A DNA stretch of 50,208 bases, taken from Massalongia carnosa (Eukaryota). The translations under genes were made by a program, and so were the position numbers. The notes under the pieces are model-generated. The model made no database searches and had not been told where the DNA came from. It was given only the letters and a program-made list of their open reading frames with translations. Below are positions 24,767 through 37,918 of this stretch, in pieces; the first letter of the stretch is position 1; every line of letters starts with the position of its first letter. The stretch lies in NCBI GenBank assembly GCA_965645245.1, contig OZ287067.1, forward strand, positions 3,720,001 to 3,770,208, read 5' to 3'.

Positions 24767-27700
24767 GCCCCGTATTCAGTCGCATACGAGGGCTTCAAAA
24801 GTCTGATTTATTGATTTCTGCATGTCTCCTTTCTGCATCATTTTCACCCCCCCTAATGTCCAACGCTCGTTTTTCTGCAGCGTCCGCTTTGACCTTGTTT
24901 GAAAACGATGAAACTTTCAAAGATAGCCATATGGTTGTCTCATGTATATTACGTCGTCTGCAAGCAAGGATAAGAGCTTTAATTCTCGTGGACTGTGGTG
25001 CATCAGGTTACTCATTCATCGATAAAGAATTCGCGCACCTTCATCAATTCCCCCTTCACCCCCTTAAATACCCTCGCCGACTCCTAGGTTTCGATGGTCA
25101 GCCTGCTCTGACCGGAAACATCACCCATGTGGCAGAAGTAACCATGGATCTCAATGGACACATAGAGAAACTGTTCCTATATGTGACCGGATTAAGACAT
25201 TACCCCATCGTCCTAGGACACCCATGGCTGCGTCGACATGGCGCTATCACTAACTTCGCCAATAATACCCTGTCATTATCCTCCCCATTTTGCCTAGCAC
25301 ATTGCTGTCCCGGCCCCGTAATGGTTCATTCAACCACCGCCGAGGAAGAACAGTTCCTTATGCCTGCCGAAAGTCAGAAGGTATGGGAGACTAAAGATCA
25401 AGAAACCATTCTGCAATCTAGTCAAACAGAACCATCGAAATTTGACTTTCAGGCTGAAGACGGTCCCAGTCGAATCCTAACCGCCATGCAAAAAGGCGTC
25501 TCCCCTAGGATCCGATACCGGTCCGGGAGCTACGTTCGTTTAGCACCTCGCTTACATACCTCAAACCCCCTGCCCAGTAAACTAACCGCGGTTGAATCCG
25601 CACCAACCAACCCAGCCCAGCTTCGAGTCAGTGAGGTGAGCGCCGGCACATTCGACCGCCTCGCAAGACAGAAGGACCACGAGATATTCAGTATCTCCCT
25701 CCAAGAAATAGACCGGTTCTTAGGTATAGAATCGCCTTTAAAACCCCCTAGCCCTAGCTCCAGGTCATCTATTAAGTTAATAGCAACCCAAGTTTTCCCC
25801 CCTTTTAACACTAAGGCCTGTCTAAGTGATAAGGACATGCACCTAGCCATTTGCAGAATGCACAATGAACTCACCCTAGAAACCTCCGTCACTCAAGAAG
25901 AACTTGAGCACGTTCGGCAGCAAAAGAACGTTGACCCGGCACCTCTGCTTCCAAAGCAATACCACAACTACCTAGATGTCTTTTCCAGAAAGGAGTCCGA
26001 TAAACTACCGGAACACCGCTCCCATGATCACGCCATCGTCTTAAAAGAAGGTTTTCAACCACCTAATCAAGCTCTTTACGGGATGAGTCGTGATGAGATC
26101 CAGGAACTTCGTCGTTATCTAGATGAGAATCTCACCAAAGGATTCATTCGATCTAGCCGCTCACATGCAGCCTCCCCGGTTATGTTTGTTAAGAAGCCCG
26201 GCGGAGGACTTCGATTCTGCGTCGACTACCGAGGACTAAACGCTGTCACCATAAAAAATCGTTATCCAATACCTCTAATCACCGAGACCCTCAACCGTTT
26301 GTGCAAAGCCAAGATATTTACCAAGTTGGATATTATATCAGCATTCAATCGCCTGAGAATCAAAGAGGGAGACGAAGAACTTACTGCTTTCCGGACTCGT
26401 TTCGGTCTCTACGAATATCTTGTCATGCCTTTCGGTCTGTGCAACGGACCTGCCTCGTTTCAACATTTTATCAATGACACCCTGAGGGAATACCTAGATA
26501 GATTCTGCACCGCGTAGCTAGATGACATCCTCATCTATAGTGATGACGAAATCGAACATGACCTACATGTAAAACAAGTCCTTGTCAAACTCAGAGAGGC
26601 CGGACTCCAAGCGGACATCACCAAGTGTGTCTTCGGAGTCACCGAGGTCCCCTATTTGGGTCTCATCGTCACTACTAAGGGAGTCAAGATGGATCCTGCC
26701 AAGATCGATACCGTCATCAATTGGCCTGCGCCCGTTAACGTTAGGGATGTTCAAAGCTTTCTAGGATTCGCCAATTTCTACAGGCGTTTCGTATTTGGGT
26801 TCAGTAAAATAGCCTCGCCGTTGACGAACCTAACCAAGAAGGGAACGAAATTCTCCTGGACTAGCGATTGTCAGCAAGCCTTCAATACGATGAAAAAAGC
26901 ATTTACCTCCGATCTTATTCTCATGCACTTTGATCCAGACAAGAAAATCGTGGTCGAAACGGACGCCTCCGACTTTGTATCGGCGGGTATCCTATCGCAA
27001 TATGATGAAAAAGATATCTTGCGTCCCGTCGCATACTTCTCGAAAAAGCATAACCCTGCCGAGTGTAACTATGAGATCTATGACAAAGAACTCATGGCCA
27101 TAGTTCGAGCTTTCGAGGAATGGAGACCTGAACTAGAAGGCTCCGCCCAACCCATCGATGTTATTTCAGACCATAAGAACCTGGAATATTTCACCTCTAC
27201 CAAGCTTTTGAGTCGGCGCCAGGCCCGATGGAGTGAGTTTCTATCTCGCTTCGACTATAAGATAGTCTACCGACCTGGGAAAGCCGGCGGTAAACCGGAT
27301 GCCCTAACTCGACGGTCAGGAGACCTCCCTGAAGAAGGGGATGAAACCGATGAGCGGAACTCATTTCAGCATCAGACGATACTGAAAACGCATAACCTAG
27401 ACGACGGAGTAGCCGAGAGCTTCAATGCAACAGTGGTTGGAACCTCCCCAGACCCCATAGTGCTCGCTCCTGCTATTCTTGATCAAGAACAAGATCTTGA
27501 CGAGGATGATGACACAGAGACGGATCATGAAGATCCCCAACTAGATTTAGTTACTGATCAGCTAAACCCCGACAATGACCCAATGGACGTGGCCACTCAG
27601 GACCTTTGGAACCGAGCCCTGGATAGGGATAAGTTTTCACCCCGTGTTCTAGAAATGCTTCGAAACGGATCGAGATATCATAGCGGCATACAACTAGCAG

Positions 27701-29139
27701 AGTGCGAAGACAGAAATGGGATTTTGTACTTCAGAAATCGACAATATGTACCCAAATCAGATAGCCTTCGCCTAAGAATCCTACAACTCGCTCACAATAG
27801 TGTCGCAGGTGGACACCCAGGCCGTGCCAAATGTTATGAACTCATCAGTCGCTCTTATTGGTGGCCTAGCATGCACAAAACGGTGCAACGATTCGTCAGA
27901 AACTGCCATGTCTGCAAAAGAGCCAAACCCTCCCGTGAACGTTATCAGGGGTGGCTTAGGCCCTTACCTCCACCTGAGCGTCGCTGGCGCGATGTTGCTA
28001 TGGATTATGTCGGACCCCTCTCGGCCAGCACCTTCATGGGAATCACCTATCGGTACATTCTAGTTTTCATAGATCGCCTAACCAAGATGCGCCATCTGGC
28101 TCCAGTCACATCCATGGAAGTCGAAGAAGCCGTAGATGCCTTCTATCAGAATGTATGGAAGCATCATGGCCTACCTGATGTTCTCGTATCAGATCGAGGT
28201 TCGCAGTTCGTATCGGAACTATGGGAATTGCTGTGTAAGCGGCTAAAAATCGACGCACGGTTGTCCACCGGATACCACCCGGAAACCGATGGCCAGACAG
28301 AACGAGCCAACGCCTCCATGGAGCATTATCTTAGAGCCTATGTCAACCATATGCAGGATGATTGGGCCAAGTGGCTACCAGGCGCTGAATTCGCGGCTAA
28401 TAATACGGACTCTTCCACAACTCTTGCTTCGCCATTTCTAGCAAATTCTGGTCAACACCCCCGTATAGGATTCGAACCCTCCGAGCCTCTCCCGACGGAC
28501 ATTACCGCTCAAAGTCGAAATAATCTGATCGCAGCTAATAAGTTCGCGGACAGGATGAGAGACTTAGAAACTCATCTTCATGATGAAATGTTAATCGCTC
28601 AAGCCATCTATGAATCCACTGCCAATGCAAACCGCCGACCATGCCCCCGCTATAAAGTGGGTGATATGGTATGGTTAAACACAAGGAATCTTCAAACAGC
28701 GAGACCCACCGTCAAGTTAGACGATCGAAACATCGGACCCTATGCGGTCAGTCGAGTTTTCTCAAACCCTCTAGTGATACAATTGGAGCTTCCTCCTGGT
28801 GTCAAGATCCACCCAGTTTTCCATGCAAACCTTCTGCAGCATGAAGCAGATGACCCCCTTCCTGGCCAGCATCCCGCCCCTCGTGAACCTGTCGAAGCAG
28901 AAGACGGACAGCGAGAATGGTATGTGAACAGCATATTGAACTCCAAATACGACCGACGATTTCAACCTCCACTCCTTCAATATTTCGTTAATTGGGAAGG
29001 TCATAATCCCACATGGGAACCTTTCAATTTCCTAACCAACTGTCAGCAAGCTCTAAACGAATATCATCAGGCTTACCCCACAGCTGCCGGACCACATCAC
29101 ACCCCTTGCAATCTACCCCGTTGCCGCTGCCAGGAATAG
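24757..29139 (+). pseudogene. pol: Gypsy E pol (-1 frame relative to gag) with a single TAG at 26515
   Basis: Motifs [40 protein letters not shown] and chromodomain WYVNSILN. ORFs 24811-26517 and 26656-29139 are in the same frame. Confidence 0.93.
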
Positions 29140-29918
29140 TAGCATCGCAGGAGCTCCGCCTTGAAGAGGGACCTACTGTCATGGAATTACCTCGCACCCT
29201 CCCACGTTTCCTGATCGGGTTAGTATTTAACAGGCTCTCTTGCCGTGAAACCTGCCCTGCATGTTGAATAGAACCGTGGCCCGTTATTCCGAACTATCCT
29301 GAAACCTCGCCCCATGTGTTCAGACGTTCTTCCGCTGCCTTCAGTGCACTCCCAAACTCCTATATCCCGAATCCAATCTCAACGTCTCCACTATCCAAGC
29401 CTACGACTGGGATTGCCCAGCAGAGAGAGATTGCTTCGGCATGGAGAAAGGCGGAACAGGTCAAAGCGATCATGGTTAGGAAATTAGAACAGGAACAGAG
29501 ATGAGGGCAAGTCAAGAATAGGGGAGTTGGAAGCCATGGCTATAAAACCTATGTGGTTTCTCAGGTGTTTGGAGCTCTTCGTCGGACGTCTTGTATACTA
29601 TCCCTAGACCTAGCTTTCTAAATAGTAACTCTTGTATATCTCCCTATCTGGACCTTGTCCGTGACAATCATAGCCATGGGCTTCAAACCCACCGAAATGA
29701 CGGCCCAAGTACTCTGGACTGCCCTCTCCACCGAAATTAAGGAGCACCGAGCCTCCCTGAGCAAAGCGGAGGGCATCATCAAAAACTCGGTAGCCTCTAA
29801 ACACCAAGCAGCTATCGAGGGCAAAGAAGCCAAGGAAATGTGGGAAACCCTACAAACGAAATTTCAGCACATCTCTCCAATGAGCATCTCGCGACTCATC
29901 CTGGAGACCACCAAATTA

Positions 29919-30366
29919 TGTCAAGGACTGGGCAGGGGATTGAACTAATGTTCCTAGGAATTGGATTGGGTGATCAAGATGTCTTTATTAATAAGGCTAT
30001 AGCTAGGTAATGGATTGCTATACAAGACGTCGGACAAGGAATCAACTATCTAATTAACTTGTCCTTCATTTTATATTTGTCTCGAACCCCTTTGCATGAA
30101 GATTCGATCAGTGTTCATCTCCCCCTATTAGGAGACGTACGGCACGAAGGTTCGACGAGGTGTTTGACGATAAAAGGTGGAGATGAGGTTCTCCTGTCGT
30201 TGGTACGCTTTGATGGTGATGGTACAGCTTTGACCTGAAGCCGTTGAGAGGGGTCTAAACTCGATTTAGTTAATGAGATTCTGACTAAGCTGAATAGAGG
30301 AACGGGAGCTTAGTCAGATTCATCTGCGGGATTGATTCTGGATCGGGTTGGTTCGATTTCATGACA
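29919..30366 (+). mobile_element. Solo LTR family Y, copy 2, in Copia D gag
   Basis: TGTCA...TGACA, TSD AATTA, reverse complement of 7808-8255. Confidence 0.95.
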
Positions 30367-31552
30367 AATTACGACTATCGGACTGCACAGACATTCACGA
30401 ATATTGCAGCAAATACCAAGAGGCCTACGACACTGTGTGCGGCCTCATTCCCAATGATTCCGAGATCCCCGCAAAAAGAGCTGAGGTACTCCTGCAGGCA
30501 GGACTGCTCACTGGGATGGGAAACGAAAACTCGGGGATCGTCTCTATGATGAAGACAGAGTGGAAAATGGGGAACACAAACATCGCCAAGAGCACTAAAA
30601 AGCTTATCCGGTTTGCAGAAATCAGGAAAGAGAACGACCAAACTCCAGGACAATCCGGCACACCCAAACAATCGGCACTCTTCACCTCCAAACCACCAAA
30701 GCCTAGTAATCGAGCACCCCCGGGGACCTGCACAAACTCAGATTGCATCAAGAAGGGAAATACACAGCACTACACAGACCGTTGTTTCTTGAGATAACCC
30801 GAACTTCGGCCAAAACACTCGCTGCACCAGATGAGAACAAAAGGCTCTAGGCAAAACCTCCAAAGCCAGACAGAGAGCCCTTCCGAGACCCCGTCCCGCG
30901 AAAGTTGACAACCAAAGGTGCTAGCGGTCAAAAGGCCGAGAGACGCTTCCTGGCTGGTTGACAGCGCGGCGGACGTGCACGTGTGCAATGATCGAAGCTT
31001 GATGACTGAGTACCACGAAAAGCCTACCCGGATCGGAGGCTCAACTGCAGATGGGGTTTCACCAGGCCGTGGAAAGGTGCGCCTTCGCCTCAGCCTGAAA
31101 GACGGTCCCGAAGGAGTGATCCTGAACCTGAACAACGTGTTTTTACCTCCCCACAGTCCTTCTAATCTTGTCAGCCTCGGCCTTCTTAACATTCATGGAA
31201 TTTTCTATGATAATGAGAACGAGACACTCTATGATAGAAGAACAAAGGAAACCCTGGCTTACGCCGAAAGGTGGAGGACCAGCTTCCTTCTTCACCCTCT
31301 CAACCTCTCTGTCTCTGCAACTCATCTAAAGCAGATCGACGACAACACGTACGAGTTGCCACCACACGCCTACAGGACCACCACCTCATCAAAACTACAT
31401 CTCACCACCTGGCACAAACGACTCGGCCACGTCAACTTCCCCTTACTGAAGCAACATCTCCACAAACTGGAGATCGACTACGTGGACGACTCAGAAAAGT
31501 ACGTGTGTGACAGCTGCCAACGTGAGAAAGCCACAAAAATCTACAACCGCCA

Positions 31553-31807
31553 TGTGACGAGGCGGCAACGGGGGGGCCTATTCAGGTGGTGAAGGTGGTG
31601 GCATTGCTAGCTATGACTATACTAGATAGACAAGACGAACACAAGGAAGAAAGCATCAATTGCTGCAGAGATTTTCCATGTAACTCCCGGAACCCATTTC
31701 CTTACCTGAATGCGGTTAGCTCCCCACTAAGGCTAACGCGATACCTAAAACATTTAGCGTGTCGGGAGGTATCGCTTAGCAGAGCATCTCGCGCTCACAC
31801 CATGACA
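31553..31807. mobile_element. 255-bp solo LTR in Copia D
   Basis: TGTGA...TGACA, TSD CGCCA. Removal restores KIYNR|HEPQKRA. Confidence 0.92.
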
Positions 31808-34159
31808 CGCCACGAGCCTCAGAAACGAGCAAGCGAGTCGTACCAGTTTATACACACAGACCTAGTAGGTCCCATCAACCCTGTTGGTTTTGGAGGGGAG
31901 AGAAACTTCTTCACATTTACGGATGACTTCACGCGATATACCGAAGTGCACACTGGTGCCTGGAAAAGCGATTTGTTCAAATATCTCAAGACCTTCTACA
32001 ACCTCTGCAAAACCAGGTCACACAAGGAGAGACCAGTCGAACGCCTAAGTTCAGATTATGGATCAGAACTGCAGAGCAAAAGGGTAGAGGAATGTTTTGC
32101 GAAGAAGGGCATCACTTTTGAACCCTCAGCACCGTACTCTCAGGAACAAAACGGCGGCGTGTCAGAACGAATGGGAAGAACCATCATGGATATGACAAGA
32201 GCGACAATCCTAGAGGGAAGCCTTGATGACGAGCTGTGGCCTGAAATTGTTCTTGCGATGACATACGTCAAAAACGTTCGTCCCACGAAGGCTTTAGGTG
32301 GAGAAAACCCCTACAATGCACAGCAGAAAATCCACCCAGATATCCAACACTTCCGAGTGTTAGGCTCGACAGTGTACGTTCTCCTACGCGAAGAGGAACG
32401 AGCCTTAAAGTCTGAGAAGTGGAACCCACGAGCCTTAAGCGGTATTCTTGTTGGATACGATGGTCATACAATCTACAGAGTCCACATCCGAGAACAGAAC
32501 AAAGTCATTCGCATCAAAGATCTCAGAATCTTTGAAGACTACGAGGCCAAGACGTTCACCGAGCTTCCTGAATACAAAAACACTCCCACCTTCTCAGGTT
32601 TCTTACTCTCCGATGACGATGACGAGGCGACGAGTGACACACAGATGTTGGATGTAGGCCGAAAGTCCAACAATGCAACAGGTGCCAGCGAGTCAACTCC
32701 CAGTAAAGTAACCCCTAGGAAGGGCCGAAAGGTCACTACTAGAGATGAAAATACTGAGACAAGGAAGTCTCGGCCTGGCCGAACGATAAGGCCTACACAA
32801 AAGGCTCAAGATCAAGATCTGAGAGTATATCTCAGCAAGCTGCTAGACCTTGACTGGGAACACAGCTCGGAGGAAAAAGCAAACGCGTTCCTGACAAACA
32901 TCGTATGCGATGAGGACGGCCATGACGCAGACGACGACCCATACACAATCATGACTTCGAGGCTCATTCAGGCCAACGCCCAAAGTAAAGGAGACTACGT
33001 CCTTGCCACCCAATTATATATCGAAGAACCTGAGTCATACAACAGGGCAATGCAATGACCCCACGCCTCGCAGTGGGCACAGGCAATGAAAGAAGAAATA
33101 GACTCTCTACACGAAAACAAGACCTGGGTTCTCATACCAAAGAACGAGATGGAGTCAGGTCATCGACCTCTAGGGGGGGGAAGTGGGTGTACAAGGTCAA
33201 GCGTGATGTCGAAGGCAAGGTATCTAGATTCAAAGCCAGATGGGTTATCAAAGGGTACCTACAACAGTTTGGTGTTGATTTCGATCAAACCTACGCATCC
33301 GTAGTGAAGCCAATGGCCTTCAGAACCCTGTTCGCCCTTGCCGCCTTCTTCGACCTTGACATCGACCAGATGGACGTAAAAATGGCTTTTCTCTATGGCC
33401 TCATTGATCAACTGATATATATAGAGATTCCAAAGGGAACTGAGACAGAAGCCACAAAGAATATGGTTTGCAAACTGTTGAAAGCTATCTACGGCCTCAA
33501 ACAATCTCCCCGCCTCTGGTACGAACGCTTTTCAGCCTTCCTCCTCGAGAAACTAGGCTTGAAACGCATCCACGCAGACCACAGTATATTCGTATCGGGT
33601 GCACGGCTCAAAGGTCCCGTACTCAGCGTCTTCGTAGATGACATCAAGATTATGGCACACAACCCAGTATTCCATGCCAGGACCAAACACATCGATATCC
33701 AGCACCATTACATCCGAGACGAGGTGGAGGCAAAGAGAATCGAGTTGCCCTACGTGCCAACTGGGGGGATAATCGCCGACGGCCTGACGAAGGCCCTAAC
33801 GCACGTAAAGTTCCACACCTTTGTCGAACAGATGCAGATGACCTAGAGCCAAATCAGCACAGCCACACTACCTGGAGCCACAACCTACCAATGAACCGAT
33901 GCAACCAACAGCTGCTGATTCTTCCAGAAAAACGAGATAAAAATCGATTCGTTAGCGTGGGCGATTCTTACGTAACTAGCGCATAGCTTGTGGGGGGTTG
34001 TTGGATACCAACCTATAGCGCTAGACATTATTATGGTTACGTGTAACAGTAGACCTATTCCGGTATGCGGCACGCATCCTGGACTAGGAGGATTTCAGAC
34101 CTAGAAGTAGAGTCATAGAATCATTAATATAACAACAATGAATGCCTCATACTTCTACA

Positions 34160-35420
34160 ATCGATGAGTTCAGATTCTGCCATGTTTGCTACTTGATATG
34201 CTGTTAAAGGAATTATGCTCGGCTTTCGAATTTTTCGAACGAAGCGGATTTATAAAGCTGTCTCGTTGTCGTCTTGGAGTGGCAGTGTGCTTTGAATCCG
34301 CTCGAGGGCGTCCCAGTATTCCCGAGCTGTCTGATAGAGGCCTTGTCTTACCTCGAGCCACGTTTGTTGTGCCTTTAACATGATGAGATGTGGGTCTCCT
34401 CGGCATTGTTCGATCACGTTAAACAGCTCCTCTAGTATTGGTTGTGACATTCCGAGCTTGGAATGGTCCCATCGTCGATCCGCCCTACCCCCGAGGAACC
34501 CCTCAGCGTAGTCAATCTTCTCTCGTTCGTCCGTTATCTCCTCCTTGTACAGATTTGCTCTTATGTCTCCTTGTACAGATTTGCTCTTATGTCTCGTTTG
34601 AACCGTTTCAGGTTTTGTTTGAAAACGGCTGGATCAGACTCTTCTCCCGTGACCTCTTTGGGCTGTTTAAGTTTCAGCCCTGACTTCTTCCTCGCTCTAT
34701 TGAGCATAGCCTCCTCGCTTGAGTCCAGTCGATCTGAACTGGTTCTCTTTGCTGACTTGGAAGGGCGAGTTTTGCTGTCCACGGATGTGTTCGGCTGGCG
34801 AAAAAGGTCGAATTAGCGGGTAGAGATAATAGGTTTCGTAATTCTTCCTCTTTCAATGCATTTTCCTGCCGTAATTGAGCTCTCTCGATCTGAAGAGTCA
34901 GTATTTTCTGACGGTTCTTCTCTTTTTGTTTCTCCTGTTCTATTAGCTCAATTTCTTCCTCCGTCGATAATTTCCTGTTATGAGCCTGCCTGAGCCTATC
35001 GTCGAGCTTTTGCCGCCTTGAGTATTCCATGTCTCTCTGTTGAGTCGCGTCAGCCATCTCCTCGTCTGATATTGCCTTACCCCTGTTCCTCTTAGCTAGT
35101 CTTGTGATCTGGTCGCTGAGATTATCGATCAGCTGTGTATCCTGTACCTCTTGCACTTCATGTGTCTCCGGCATCTTCCGTAGCTCTTCTGGTTGATCTG
35201 TATCTGATAGGCTAGACGAGTCGGATGGGCTGATCGGTCGTGCTCTTCCCCTTTTGGGATCTTCCTTATCCTCGTCGTCCTCATCTTTCTCGGGAGTATC
35301 CTCGGGTCGTCTTTTCGTGGTTCCGTGCTCTATGAGATTATTCCTTGCAGAGTCCTCGATCTCTTTGTCCGATCTGGTGAGCCTCGCTGTTGCCATTGCT
35401 CTAGTCTGGCGGCCTGCCAC
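34160..35420 (-). pseudogene. gag: Gypsy C gag, N-terminal part
   Basis: ORF 34674-35420 plus frameshifted pieces downstream of the C 5' LTR. A ~26-bp tandem duplication lies at ~34535-34595. Confidence 0.75.
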
Positions 35421-35773
35421 TAATTTTCGGTCGCTTGACTCGTTGATTGGTAGTGGATGACACGAGCGTGAGGATGGTAGGGTTGTGGATTGGGGCTGTC
35501 TATGTTTTCGTTGCGCTGAGGCGAGCTCTCAGTCGACGATCCTCGGTGTATCCTTGGGTTCGTTCTCGCGAGGTGTTGTCGGCAGTGGTGTAGTGACGAA
35601 CAGGGGATCTCTGATGAGGAGAAGATGTCGAATATTGTAGGGCCTCGCTCGATTTCCTGTACACGAATTTGCGATAGGCGTTGGACGAAGGAAAAAAAAA
35701 ACTTCGAGGCGACGATGTGATCTTTTCACCCCTCCCACAGACTGTCACCCCCTTCGGGGAAAGTTGTCAAAAT

Positions 35774-36014
35774 TGTAAGGTTATTGTGACAGGCGATAGG
35801 AGGGAGCCCTATAGGGCTATGGCATACGAGGATAGAATGGATAAACTGACAACTAGCTATCTATAAGAACCGAAACGACTAATATATACCCCTCTCTGAT
35901 GTCCTACTCCTAAGAAATTCCTATCCTGATAACTCCGATGACGCGTTGTCAGGGTCTAGACGTTCTGTCCCCGATCGAGGCGAGGATCCTCGTCCCCGTG
36001 TCGAGACCCTGACA
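35774..36014 (-). repeat. Gypsy C 5' LTR
   Basis: Matches 16738-16978 with a few substitutions. Confidence 0.95.
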
Positions 36015-36639
36015 ATAGCTGTAATAGGGTAGGCCTAGTATGCGTTCGTTGAACGTAAGACTGGCCTATGTGGCTATGTGGGATACGTACAGCCAAAACA
36101 ACCACCAAGACAATAAGGTCCCGCCTAACCCAGTTAGGCATAGTGTGGGGACTTAACTTATTATGGAGGTGTTTTCGTAGTACACGAAGTATCCCCTCGC
36201 CTCGCCTCACCTCCCCTAGCTCACCTGCCTAGTCTTATCTACCCGTGTCTTTCGGTGTCCGAAGTATTTCGGAGTCCGAAAATACCAGGTAGTATGGGCA
36301 AGGTATGGAAGAAGAGCTTAGGTTATGGATTGTCCTATCCTATATAGATCAATGATCAAGCACTTCAAAAGCCTAGCATTTAGTCTACCCTTTGACCCGA
36401 CCCTACCTATTTTGTACCTCTATTGTGACCATCACGTTGTGTAGCCCCTGTGGATCCCATCTTCCAGTAGTGAATGCCTGCTGGGAGAAGGTCTCCCCGT
36501 TTCAATTCTAATTGCTCTATATATCTCCGGATTAGCACGATCCGGTGGTCGCAATAAGGGTGCTGCTTTTTACCGCTTTCGCCATCCAGCACCATTTGGC
36601 CTTTCGTCGTTCAGGCCAAACTTCCTCATCGATTCTTCC

Positions 36640-37892
36640 ATGGCCACCCGCAGCCAGTCCGCTGCAATTAGGGCCTCAATGGATCCTTCTCTCCTCGGCA
36701 CCTCCGGTGCTTCAGCTAAATTCAGCCAATGCATCTGGTGCTCCGCCGTCTAATGGCCCCCTTCCTGTCGGCCCGCACGGCTCCTCCCGTCCTTCCTCTG
36801 GCACGTCAGCTACCACAGTGACTCTGACTGCCGAGCAATGGGCTGCTATCCAGTCTACCCTGGACCAAATCAACCAGGGCCAGGGCCGAACTCCCTCTCG
36901 GTCTGCTCGCCGATCTCGATCGGCCCCACGATCTCCTCGGGCACCCCAGTCGCCTGAGAGGTCATCCAGGCGGAATAGTCATCATACCCGCCGGGACTCT
37001 CGCTCTCGCTCGCCCGGCCATTACCATCGCCGCCGGTCACCTTCGTGTGACTACTCAAGCCGCCGTTATGACGGCGCCTCTCGTCCCTTACTGAAGCCCA
37101 AGGTTTCTGCCATATACAAGGGAAGTAGTCACAAGGAGCTGCATGAGTTCGCTCGTCAGTGTCACGAGTACTTCAAAAACTGCACGGGCGCATCCCGATG
37201 ATTCTTCCTCCGTCTCTTTCGCGGCTTCCTTTCTTCGCGGAGAGACTGTTGGCCATGTATGGTCAGAATACGTCCAGACATTGCCGCTTGATTACGACCC
37301 ACCCTGGGCCGAATTCTCAAAGGTCCTCTGGGATGACCTTGGCAACGAGAAGACCTTCGTGGACAAAACCTGGGGAAAGTTCTTTAGTTTTTTTCAGCGC
37401 CCTGGAGACAACGTACGCACGTTTAGCGTACAGCTTCAACAATTGTGCTCCGTTCTTCAGGAGTATGACCTTCATTTCCCCCGCGAGTCCGACATGATTC
37501 GCCGCGCTCGAAATGCTCTGCGTCCTGAGATTAAATCAGCCCTTTACAACATGGTTGACAATGCGAGCACCTACTCGCAATTCGTCGCTCTCGCAATGCA
37601 GGCCGAGGCATCCGTTAATATGCACACCTCGACCAAGAACTCCTCACATCGCGACTCTCGTCGCGATAAGTCAAGGGATGCCTCGCAAACTCGATCGTCG
37701 AAGACTCAGGGTAAGAATCACAGACGTGGCAAGGGTAACAACAAGCCTACCGAATCTTCCGGCACCTCTGCCAACAAGACGCCTGCCACTGGCGCCAACG
37801 CAGAGCCTCCTGCCGAAGTCACCTGCTATAGATGCGGTGAAAAAGGGCATATCTCTACCCACTGCACCAATCCTCCCAAGCCAAAAAACTAG
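36640..37892 (+). pseudogene. gag: Gypsy F gag, frameshifted
   Basis: RS-rich N-terminus and knuckle CYRCGEKGHISTHC. Ends AAAAAAC TAG. Split between ORFs 36545-37201 and 37143-37892. Confidence 0.85.
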
Positions 37893-37918
37893 CTGTCGCC
37901 GGCGTTACTTCCGAACCG

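Larger units (their letters stand above)
22999..29666 (+). mobile_element. Gypsy chromovirus E, very recent, nearly intact
   Basis: 490-bp LTRs at 22999-23488 and 29177-29666 appear identical. TSD ATCAT. Purine tract GAAGAGGGA lies just before the 3' LTR. Confidence 0.97.
22826..33846 (+). pseudogene. Copia D gag-pol
   Basis: Starts MSDRREEQEKAPRIILQGSENY and continues at 29667, 30367, 30918, 31808 and ~33180. Contains stops and a G-run frameshift at ~33173. Confidence 0.9.
22048..34159 (+). mobile_element. Ty1/Copia retrotransposon D with three nested insertions and an internal deletion
   Basis: LTRs at 22048-22211 and 33999-34159. TSD ATCGA. PBS GGTTATGAGCCC at 22212. G-rich PPT before 33999. 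Motifs WLVDSAA, WHKRLGH, IHTDLVGP, FKARWV, FVDD and RTKHIDI. Confidence 0.95.
16738..36014 (-). mobile_element. Gypsy chromovirus C, full-length and decayed, hosting Copia D in its gag
   Basis: 241-bp LTRs at 16738-16978 and 35774-36014. PPT (minus strand AAAGGGGGGAGGCAAT) at 16979-16994. TSD ATGGC/ATAGC. Motifs YLDD, ETDAS, TMDFIT and chromodomain WEVDGILD. Confidence 0.93.

Noticed and set aside
31586..31807. Signal-peptide-like N-terminus on an integrase ORF
   Set aside because: It derives from the TSD-flanked solo LTR 31553-31807, so it is a chance open frame.
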